Shown here: piece by piece, positions 22,501 to 34,500 of the stretch
Layout: every line of letters begins with the position of its first letter
Numbering within the stretch: the stretch's first letter is position 1
Assembly (NCBI RefSeq): GCF_011386835.1
Contig: NC_088796.1
Coordinates: 28,582,001 to 28,646,000 of the forward strand
DNA from: Chrysemys picta bellii
Taxonomy: Eukaryota
Length of the DNA: 64,000 bases
Reading direction: 5' to 3'
Translations under genes and position numbers: made by a program
The notes under the pieces: generated by a model
The model's database searches: none
The model's input: only the letters and a program-made list of their open reading frames with translations
Told to the model about the DNA's origin: nothing

Positions 22501-25500
22501 ACAGCCTTTAACCTGAGAAGTTAGGTTTTCAGCTTTTGTAGAATGCTCTCTCCATTTTAATGATTTGATTATCTTTCTAAGGAATTTACTTCCAACAGTA
22601 ATTGCTAATAATTTTCATAGGTTTATAGCTTTTAGGGCTGGAAGGAACCATTAGTTCATCTGGTCTGACCTGAGGCACACAAGCCATAGAATTTCACCCA
22701 TTTACCTCTGCATGGAGAACAATAAGTGGGGTTTGACTAAAGCATCTGTTCTAGAAGACATCAAGAGGAGAATCCATCACTTCCCTTGGTAAAGCCTAGA
22801 CCTACGTAAGTTTGTGAGGTTAGACATTATTTTGTGTGAGAGCCATATAGGATTACTGAGTTGTGTACGCTAAAACATGAAAATATGGGGCAGTGCTTTT
22901 CTCACAGGCACGATTAGCAGAATGATAGGTATATATATATATATGCTACTAAATAGATCATATGGCTTTTTTTCTCACAAAGGTTACATACCTGAATTTT
23001 TCAGTTCTTCAGCACTGTATTGATAAAGAAGGTCATATGTGCCACCCATTGATCCAGAAGCGTAGTAATGAGTCCCAAAGTCATCAAAAATTCTGCTATA
23101 TAAAGCATAGTTGTACTCCAAAGGCAGGTGGTTAAGTGCCTTTAGAAAGATAGTTGAAAGCTGCAGATCTGACTGTTTCATTGTGAAGTTTGAAACTGCA
23201 ATCACTTTATGGACCCTAATAAAGTTGGAATTCTAGAAAGAAAAAAAAATGAGACACTAAATACCCTTATTCTCTGGTTCACGACAAGAAGCAAAAAGGC
23301 TGAGAATATATTCATTTCCCTTTGTATATTGTAAAAAGGGTCAAATACATTATATTTTATGTTTCTTTGGTCATGGGTAAACTAGCACAAATGAAACCTG
23401 AGATCAATCCACTTGAGATTACAAGCACTTGGTTACATTCTAGAGGATATGTCTCATTGCATGATAGACAAAAAGTATTCTTATTAATTATTACTTGTAT
23501 GATGTTAGTGTGGACCACAGCTGAGCTCAGGACCCTTTCATTCATTCTGTACAAACACAGAATAAGTGACAGTCCGTGTTCTGAAGAATGTACAGCCCAT
23601 AGACGTGGCAAACAGAGCTGGGAGGAAGGAATGTAACATGCAAGCAGAGTGGTAGGTGCCATGGTTTGCAACTATCATGTTAGTTCCGTGATTCATTTTA
23701 ATTTTAATTTTTTCAGGGTGGTTTGGGGAGGTAGGGGATTCGGTCAGTGTTGCCAATTCCCATGATTTTATCATGGGTCTCACAGTATTTGGTGTTTTTT
23801 TTACAGCCACAGCTGGAATCAAGACATTGCGTCAGAATCTCGACTTTTAAGTTTCTAGCCCATAGGGTGGCAGAGAAAAGCTTGAAACCACAAAGCAAGG
23901 GCACCCATAGGAATCAGAAACCAGAAGGCAAAGAAAAAGAAAACAAAACTGTGTTTTGAAAATTTCATGATTCCGAAACCAGTCTCACGATCTCGGGGCA
24001 CCTGACTTACAGTTTCTGCATGCTTGGGATTTTGTTCGCTAAATAGAAAGACAAAGGGAGGGAGAGGAAAGCAGGTGGATGAGGCTGAAAAAAAGAGACT
24101 GAGGGAGGGCGCAGGATGATGTTGGAGCAAACAACAAATCAGTAGATGGGAGAGAATGTCCAGAGTAAAAAAAAATATATATATATATGAAAAGTGGCAC
24201 TGATGACATCATCAGAAGCTGCAGCTTCCTGCTTCAGCTGTTTCTGTCTGCTGCTTATTTTCCTCCCAGTAGTTTCTTTTGTCCCTAAGGACATATTGAG
24301 ATACTCAAACTGACCCTTGGTAGCACAAGTTCCTATTGAAGTTGGAACTGATCCTGTACCCACTGAATTCAATGGGAACTCAAAGTCAGCAACGGCCATT
24401 CAATGACAGACCTGCGGGTGGCTATCTTACAACAGAAAAACTTCAAAAACAGACTCCAATGAGAGACTGCTGAGCTGGAATTGATATGCAAACTAGATAC
24501 AATCAACTCAGGATTCAATAAGGACTGGGAATGGCTGAGCCATTACAAACATTGAATCTATCTCCCCTTGTAAGTATTCTCACACTTCTTATCAAACTGT
24601 CTGTACTGGGATATCTTGATTATCACTTCAAAAGTTTTTTTCTCTTACTTAATTGGCCTCTCAGAGTTGGTAAGACAACTCCCACCTGCTCATGCTCTCT
24701 GTATGTGTGTATATATATCTCCTCAATATATGTTCCACTCTATATGCATCCGAAGAAGTGGGCTGTAGCCCATGAAAGCTTATGCTCTAATAAATTTGTT
24801 AGTCTCTAAGGTGCCACAAGTACTCCTGTTTGTTTTTTCTGATAATAAGATGTCTCAAGCAGGGCACCCAAAATGAATGGCCACTTCTGAAAATTTTGGC
24901 CTAAATGCTTAGTCAGGCCAAATGTGCATTAATTTCAATGGGAATTTTGCATGATTTAGAACATCAGGATTTAGCCAAAAGTTTCATTTCCCTAATATTT
25001 CTTAGGACTTTTCTTGGACTTTGTCTATGGCTTTGTACCTATCCACCCATGAACGGCATAGGTACTTTCCACATGTTTCCACTGAATGTTTGCATCCTTG
25101 TTCTTACCTTCACTTGGCTCAGAAAGCATATTTTTTCTAATTGTGTCCAATTCAGCTGTCTTTTGTATTGTACATGTGTATCACGTATCTGCATTTTCTA
25201 CTGGTAAATGTATTTCTAAATGCCTATGACAAGCAATTATTTGCAGAACAATTTCCCAGAAATTTAATATCTGCCCAATAATTACTACATTCAGACATAG
25301 AAAGGCTCAGAATTTTTGGCACTATAAGATATTTAATCATTCTAGCAACTTGGAAATCTTAAATCTAATTATCTTTGGGAAGATGCTTCCCCTATAAAAC
25401 TGTAGAGATCCTCATGACATCAGTAAAACCTACTTATGCCAGTAGTAAACTTATCCCTTAGAGTACTAAATATCAGCACTAAATATTATTACAAATATTT

Positions 25501-28500
25501 GTCTTGGTCGGGGTAGACTATTTAATAAGATATTGTGCCAAATTCTGCTCAGTTACATGAATAAAACTTCAATGACTTCAATTAAAGTATACACAATCTA
25601 CTTACTTGACTGTGGTGTAACCCCAGGCAAGCACAATTGGCCAGTGTGAAACTTGGCAGTTTTGATTGAGAAAGGGATATACAATTTACATGTGGATATT
25701 TTCTCTGATTTCAAGCAACACTGTTTCATCCCCCTGAGTTTTAAATAAGGACAAACTCAAAGTGAAGTCAAAACGACTGCATTTCACCTGTTTGTACATT
25801 GAACCCATGAGATTCACATGATTTCAGCCAGAGACTCCAGCCGGTAGGAGCAGAAGCAACCAAAGCAGGGACTGCTGCCCTGGTGGAGGGGGGGGGGGGA
25901 AATGGGTCCAAGTTGGGGCCACCACTGTCCCCATTACTTGCTTTGGATCAACAATAGTGCAGAGGTGATCCCCTGCACTCTGGGGGCACTAGGACCCAGG
26001 TGGTGCCTCTCCCTCCCCCCCCATTCCCAGTTTGGGCATAGGAGAAAACTGCAGAGAGGAGCTGGCCAGAGACTCCATCTGGTAGGAGCAGAAGCAGCCA
26101 AAGCAGGGACCTTCAGACATCCAGAGAACTTTCTACAGTTTTGACTGGGCTTTCTGTGTCCCGTACCTGACTGGCTGTTTACTCCAACCCCCCTGCTCCC
26201 TTTCATCACTCCAAACCTTCTACTCCCCTCCCAGTCTATTCACCAGAGCTTCACTCCACTACTGCCCCTCATATGCTCTTCTCCCCTGCCCTGTCACCCT
26301 AATTCCTTTCCTTTCCATTTAGCTACTCCCCTCTTAAGTAACCCCCCTCCCAAATATCCTGGAATTAACATGACACAGTTGCCACCATCACATTGTTCAC
26401 TGTGCTTGTGTGTTTTACCCCTTTCCTCCCCCTATGTCTGTTTTATCTATTAGACTGCAAGCTTCTTGGGACGGGGACTGTCTACTGCTCTGTACAATGA
26501 GGCCCCACTCTTGACCGACCCTTAGGAACTACCATACAATGTTAAATTAAAAAAAAAAAAAAAAGATTCCATTGTGAAACAAACTGGCTAGGATTTCTCA
26601 AACTAGGTTAAAATTTAAAACTCACGTTAACACTCATGAATCTTAGACAATCTTCTGACAATCTTGTAAGGAAACCAGAAAGCCAGGTAGGTTTCTGGAT
26701 CCATTGCTAGCATTTTGCACCACTCTAATCATGATTAGAAGCAGCAACCACTGTGGCATATTTAACTATGCTCTCTGTTTTCTCTGTTGTGTACTGTCCT
26801 GTTAAATTTCTAAGGTGTCTCTGATCTGCAGAGGCCAGCAGTCATTTTGCATTCAGTTCAATACAGACTGTCAGAGATGGCAAACACACACTGTGTACTC
26901 TCTGGTGGGGACTTTACTTCTGTTCTTTCTTGGTCTGTGGTTCTTAACCTAAGATTACAGACATTCTGGCTGAAAAGAAGTGCTTGTTTACTCTTTATGC
27001 ATGAAAAACCATACAGATACATTCTTATTAAACTCTTCCCTCGCCACTCAATAAGATTCTTGGCAGCTGTTAAGTTATGAAAAAATAATAATTTTTGGAA
27101 GAAGCTTATCACTTCACTGCAGACATTAAAAACAACTATGAATATTTTTTTTTCATTTTGGGGGGGAAATTATCCTTTTATTAAAAACATCATAAGCCAC
27201 ATGTTTTATTTGATATGCTAATGTCAGTATTTTTGTGATTTTGTGTTCATTCATTTTGGATTCAAATACATATATAAGTAGCAAAGAAAAGTGCTACACA
27301 TTGATAACTACCCTGTATTTGTGGAGAATGGTTTCTTGAATTAAGTAGTTCAAACTCAATCTTAACCAGTTAACGGCTGCCCAGTGTACCAGGATCACCT
27401 GTCAAAGCAAATGGGCTTAATCCAAAATCCATTAAAATCAGAACGAGTCTCTCTGTTGATTTCAATGGACTTTAGAACAGGCAGTTATTGACCTGCCAAA
27501 TACTTCTGGTACATCCTGACAATCAATTGGTCTCAAAGCAATGTTCCTTTTCATTGGCAGGGTAGGAGTTCAGTGATAAAAAATAATGGAAATACGTAGC
27601 ATTGTATAGCATTTTGAACATGCAAAGAGCTGTGCAGTTATTAACCAATTAATTCACAAGGAATGGTCTTAAAGATATTCTGCATTTGCCTTTGAAAGCT
27701 AGATAACTTTGTCACGGCTCTCCCTAAATTTAACATACAGAATAGGACAAGTAATAAATGTTATATAATTTGAGAGGGTCAGAGAAGAGTCATGAATATG
27801 ATTAAAAGATTTGAAAAATGCTTTACAGAAAGACCCTGAAGGAGCTTAATCTAGTTAATTTATCAACAAGAAGGTCAAGGGGTGACTTTATTGCTGTCTA
27901 TAAGTGTATTCACAGGAAATAGAAATTTGATAGTAGCCGGCTCTTCAGTTTAGCCAACAAATATATAACAAGATCCACTTGCTAGAAACTGAAGCTAGAC
28001 AAATTCAGATTAGATATAAGGTGCTATTTTTAAAAAAACTGTGAGGGTAATTAACCATTGGACAATTTACCAGGGATTCTGTATCACTGGAAATCTTTGA
28101 ATCAAGGTAAGCTCTAGTTCAATAACTATTGGATAGACTACCAATAACTTGACAGTTCCAAGGCTCCGGTATTATAAAGCAAGAGTAACCAGAGGTGAAA
28201 AATAATGTGGATTTATTCCCATATTTATAAAATCACAAATCCTGTTTGAACTTTATTTCCTCTGGGCCATTTTCTCAACCGACTGTGCGGGCTTGGAGTG
28301 AGGGGTTGGGTTACCTGACCCGTTAGTCTCAACTCTGATATACTCTTAGAAGAGAGGTATCCTATGATGTTTGACATGGTACTTTTCCACACAGTTGTAT
28401 GTGTTTAAAGGTATATTATAGGTATCTCTTGTGGCATAAGGAAGAAAAAATTCTTATTTATATGTAAGTCCAATGGAATTTTATGGGCATAAAATGTGGA

Positions 28501-31500
28501 TCTATCTCCTAGAAGTCATTTAAAGGGCAAGGTGATAACCCATGTGTGAAAAGACAATGTTTATATTTCACTCAAGTGAACAAAATTGCCTATTCTTAAA
28601 CTAAGAGGTAATCTGGGTTTGACAATCATTTAATCCCTGAGTACCCATTTTCCTTTCTCTCATTAGCATAGAAAAGTTTTTTGTGTTAGCTTGATTATAA
28701 AATGTAATCTTTTGAAGATCTGCCAATCCTGGAATTGAACAGATGGAGAGTGAAAGAAATAATAGAATATGAGATCTAGTTTATTATACCTTTTTATATG
28801 AGGCTTCAATGGCTTCCCTGAAGGAGGAAGATGATGTGATTTTTACACGTCTCTTTCTTGAGAAGAAACCTGGGATCCCAGAAGAGCTTCTTCCAGAGCC
28901 AGTGGACGAACTATCACTAGCAGATTCAGTGTGCAGAGGAATTATATCCTGATAGAAATCCGATGCCACATCATCCTCTTCATTTTCCACCTAGAGAGGC
29001 AGAAATGCAAAACAAGCTCACCCAAAGGGTTGTTCATTAGATTATTATTAAATCATGAAGTTCTAAAATTTTCTGGGAGCAACACATTTGAATGTTTAAC
29101 AATTGACAAAATGACAAAAAAAAGTCCATTCATTACACCAGGGACTGCTTTTAGAAGTTGATGGTTAAAATGTGCAAAAGGTATATGCACAGAAAGGCAT
29201 TTGGATATGAAAATAGGTCAAATGGGTGTTTTTGCATGCAGTTATTCATTTATATATCAAATACATATTTGAATGTACAAGGTTTCAAGTGCAACTGACA
29301 TGTCAGAATTTGAAAATGTGTCTGAAAAGCCTTAACACTATTTCCCACTTTCAACATGCTTTTCAAAGCTGTTGCTATTCAAAGGAGCTCAGACCTTCTG
29401 CAGTTGCAAGTCACTTCGTACATAAAAGGGATGAGACAACTGATTTGCGTAAAATAAGAAATGATCCACATTTTCAGCCCAAACTCAAGCAAATCCAAAA
29501 TAAAACATTTTGGGAAATGGGAAAAAGTTCAGTTCACGTTAGTTGGTTGGGTTTTTGTCCATTTCTTGTTCTGCACACTGCTCCGCTCTCTGATTTAAGC
29601 GGGGAGCATGAGGGAAAGAACTGGAATACTATGAGCAAGGTTATTCTCATAGAATCTCTAGCCTATTTCAAACTACAAAGCACTGGAACCTAAGAGGGAG
29701 ATTCTGGTCCAATGACCTTTCCAGCCCAAAGCATGTTGTATACGTGTATATATAGATCCAGATATACATACAGCACAATCCTCAAAACCTTCTCTAATTT
29801 GCTAATCTCTATTGGTGGATGAAAACTCACTATGTCATGAGGACAGCTTTGCAGAGACATGGAGCAAAACAATTTGCTTCTCCCATAATTAAACATTTCT
29901 GCACTCTTCTACACTTGAACCTGGATGGCTACTAAATCTACAAGCTGTGTACATGCAAATCCAGTTAAACTCTTTACATAGCGCCTTTGGAAGTGTGGTC
30001 TTTGTGCAATCACACCTCTTGTGTCACTGATAAAAGATATGGCCGCAGTTAGGACAAAATCTGCAATGTGGATCTCATCCATAGCGTGGACCTTGTTGCA
30101 CACTTTGCCCTTATTCCATCGACAGAGCTGCCATTGATATCAATAAAGATCTGTAGTGATCTGTCTCCAAAGTGATGTAAAGTAACTCCTCACTTAACAT
30201 CCTCCTGCTTAACGTTGTTTCAAAGTTACATCGCTGCTCAATTAGGGAACATGCTCGTTTAAAGTTGTGCAATGCTCCCTTATAACGTTGTTTGGCTGCC
30301 TGCTCTGTCTACTGCTTGTAAGATTCTGTGGAAGAGCAGTGACTTTACAAGGGAACATTGCACAAGTTCCTCTTCTCTGCCTCCTCTGCCTCTTTCCCAG
30401 CACTTCCCCCACTTAGGACTTTCTGGGAGGGAGGGGAAGGAGTGGAGATGCGGTGCTTTCCCGCTCCTCTCCCTCCCTCCCTCCCAGAAAGTCCTAAGCA
30501 CCGCCAAACAGCTGTTTGACGGTGCTAAGGACTTTGGGGGGGAGGTAAGGAGTGGGGATGCGGCTGTTCCGGAGAGGAGGTGGAGCAGGGGTGGGAAGAG
30601 GTGGGCCAGGAGTGGAGCGGGGACAGGAAGAGGCGGGCCTGGAGCATCCCCCGGCAAAGTCGGCGCCTGTTCTTCTCTGGGGAAGCTGCCGCTGCGAAGG
30701 TGCTTCCTAGTGTCCTTGCCTGTAGCGAGCTGTGCCTGTGTGGAGTAAGCCAGGGGCACTTCCCAACAGTACTGTACAGTATATAATGCCTTTTGTCTGC
30801 CCCCCAAAATTTTCCTTGGAACCTGACCCCCTGTATTTACATTAAATATTAAGGGAAAATTGGATTCGTTTAACATTGTTTCACTTAAAGTTTTTCAGGA
30901 ACATAACTGCAACGTTAAGTGAGGAGTTACTGTACCCTGGTCATAGCCCTTAGGTACTTTTCTTGAGTCATAATCTAGAATATATCACTACTTAACACAC
31001 CCATATATCTCATATGGACATCTCATAGCAGAGCTGTTGTTTAGTGTCTTTACTCCTCAGACAGTACCTGAAAGCGGATAGTCTCAAGATTTGCAGGAAC
31101 ACGAAATGATTTCCTTGTGTCATTGCCTTTTACAGTTGTGCATTTTCCTCCATTGAATGAGTTATCAAGGATTTCTCCTCGGCTCTCTCCAGCCAGAAGA
31201 TGAAAACTAGAAAGCAAGTAATTTTCAGAAGTTAAAAAGACATGGAAAAATAATAGGGCTAAAACCTGGTGTAAATCAACATAGCTGAAGAGAATGTAGG
31301 TTTACATCAACTAAGGATCTAATAAATGGATTTTATGTTGATGCTTTGAAAGAAATTCTTCCTACAAGAGTTCCGAACTCATGAAGAATGCATCTCAAAA
31401 ATGCACCTATACTTTCCCGCTTTTCTCTCTCTGTTGATCCAGGACCCTATGTCACACCCATCACTGGGGAACTGGAATACCTAGGGCTGTAATGTTTGAA

Positions 31501-34500
31501 GAGGCTGCACATATATCCCCTCTGTTCTATGCTCTGGGTCTTTGGATTCAATTCTGGATTAGAAGCACTCTATGGCAGAAGAGCGAGTTGCATACAGTCA
31601 CCCAGTAAAATTGTTCTTTTCAGCTGACAGTAGCAAACAAAACATAACTTTAAATGATGTTGGGTAAAAATCTAATCAAAGAAATTCACATGTAGTGCAG
31701 AACAAGAGATGTTTAGGGAAACATTCTCCAACCGACAGAAGAGCTCAGACACAATGTAACTGCACATTTCTGATGTGAGGCTGCCAAGAGGACCCATGGG
31801 TGGGCCCCGACCCCCCAGAGACTAGTGCTCTCTCTATTGCATCCTGTATAAGAAACAAGGGAATGCTGTGCCTCTGTGCTTAATTATATTCTTATAATTT
31901 TTTGATATTCTTAATAAAAAGATACCAGGTATTTGGTGCAGTTGGATTCACTAAAGTACCAGTGCAGCCTTCAGATAGTAACTACCTCATTTATGTAAAT
32001 GTTAATGAGATAAAAACACCATAACCCGAAAAAGGCAAGCAAAAGCAATATACCCATTGCCCATTAACTGTACACTGGGGATGCTCTCATATCTCCTGTT
32101 GCACACGGTCTTTATCCGCCGACAGTCCCTTTCATCTGAGTTGTCCCCGCAGTCGTTCTCTCCATTGCACTCCAAACTTTTGGCAATGCAGCGACCTGTT
32201 CCAGAGAAACCGCAGAAGCAAAAATATTTTTCATACTATAGCTCTGTCCATTAGAATGAGGGTAAGACAGAGATGTTTCTAATGCTTCAATAATTAGGGG
32301 GTATGAGTCTGCAGGGAGAAAAGAACTCTAAGGAAATAACAGAAATGCCTTCGTTGTTCTAGTTGGGAGCAGCTTTTCTTGTTCTAATGGTTGTCCACAT
32401 GCAGAATTGCCCCGGTTTAACTTAAGATTTGCCAAAAGCCTATGTGAACATACTGTCTTTGGTTTAACTTGGGCTTATTTTAATTGAGGAACAGGCCAAA
32501 GCTAAACCTCTACATAAGCCACCTTTAAATCTACTTAAGAGTGTCCACCCAGAACTTTGCACTAGTTCAATTAAACTGGTACAAAACAAGCCTTAAAACT
32601 CTAAAGAGCCATGTACACATACAGAGGAACCCATGCAAAGAATCTCTTCTTGTTAGAGCATTGCTGTTCTTCAGTAAACAGAGCTCACGCCCACAATCTG
32701 CCCTGGCTCAAGTTTCTTGCAAACACAATGAAGACAGAAGGAAGCAGCACAAAGATATAAAGCTCCTATTTTGTACACAAATGCCTTGGCAATCCGTTCT
32801 CTTTAACTTCTTTCCAAAAATCCACAAATGCATATGAAGGCTTTGGAGAGTACATACAGCATGTCATTTTTCAAATAAGTAGCCTATTACCTTTATTATT
32901 TTGATTTGAACATCTGATTTAGTGGTTATGGAGTGAATAGCACCATTACCATTTTCACACTGGAACTTAGTCCTGCAGTCAACTTCCTCTATGTTGCAAA
33001 GTTTAGTTGGGAAGCATCTCCGTGAATCCACCAATTGTTCAGTACAGGCCTGTCCCCTGAACTGAGATGGGCGCTGCAAGGACCTCACACGAAACTGAAA
33101 GGAAACAGAGGAAAAACAAAGGGTTATTTTTGTGTTTACCTATTCACTAGCTAGATAGTATTAATGAGCAGTGGGCAGAGCTATACACAGCTGGTTGCTG
33201 CTGACTAGAACTGGAGTTGCATGAATTGCATGGGTGTAACTCCAAGGTTAGGCAGAGCAGAATCAGACCCACTATGTATCTTTGTCTGCAGTCAAGATTA
33301 TGTTTCCTTCTAGGCTTCATTGTTTGTGATTATTTGTGATCCATAACTGCATTACTATATTAACTAGGCCGAGTTCTATGCACCATCTCTCTGCCCAATC
33401 ATTTGGAATTTAATTAGTCTTATCTTTGTATTTGTTTTGGAAATCACACCCTTCTGTCTTCAAGGTCATTTATATAAAGCTGCCAAGTATCATCCAGAGA
33501 CCAGAGAGAGATTTGTACAAGGCTGGAGGGGAACGTGGATGGGGGTGGGGTGGAGTAGATTATCAATGCAAGCCAATTTTTTAGCTTGTAACAGAAAAAT
33601 ACACTGCGTCAATAGCTATGTGATTAAAAACAAGGCAGTATTTCATATACATGTTTCTAAACAAAAACTGAGTAAACAAGAGAGGCTGAGGGTTCTGTAC
33701 CATAGGTGCTGGAAATAGGGATACTAGGGGTGCTGCTGCACCCCCTGGCTTGAAGTGGTTTCCAACATATACAGGCTTTACAGCTTGGTTCAGTGGTTCT
33801 GAACACCCCCACTCTACAAATTATTCCAGTACCCCTTTTCTGTACAGTTTAAAAAAATGCACAGTGAAGATATGAGTTATTGCTCCCTGAAGCTCTTGGT
33901 GTTTGTATGTGGGGCTGCTGCTGCTGCGTTTCTCGATTCCTGCTGTCCCTCTCTGTACCAGCTCTGCCTGGCTCTAGAGAGAAGATGGGGGCAGACTGAT
34001 GGCAGAGCACCTTCTCCACACAAATGCCACATGAGCTAAATCATCTCCTAAGGAAAACATCCCTGCTTCCCCACACAACCCACTTGGGCAGAGCAGTTTG
34101 GTAGCCTGAGAAGCTGCAGGAAGCATGACTATCTAAGCACATAGATGTCTGAAGTTCCATAGAGCATACCAATTGCCTAACTGGACCAGCCCCATGGCCC
34201 ATCTAACCCAATATCCTGTCTCAGACAATGGCAGCACCAGATACTTCAGAGGAAGGTGTAAAATGCCACAATGGGATAATCTGCCCTCCGTGAGGGAAAT
34301 CCCACATGACTCAGGGCATCCATGAGATGGGCAAGCCATTATATGCTTTCTGGACTCACGCTGCATTTCGGCAGCATGGTTCTCTTAAGAATTAGCTACC
34401 TGGATTGGTTTCATCGGATTCTGAAATACCTTTGAAAATCTGACCTTAAAGATTTAATTAGGTGCCTAAATACTTTTGAAAATCTTCCCTTTAGAAGCAG

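Noticed and set aside
30272-30876. Overlapping 158-aa and 198-aa ORFs
   Set aside because: They lie inside the non-autonomous Tc1/mariner element; GC-rich, with no DDE/D transposase motifs.
32057-32080. Plus-strand PINCTLG resembling C6 TSP1 CPINCQLG
   Set aside because: It is the antisense of C6 exon 5; a short chance match.
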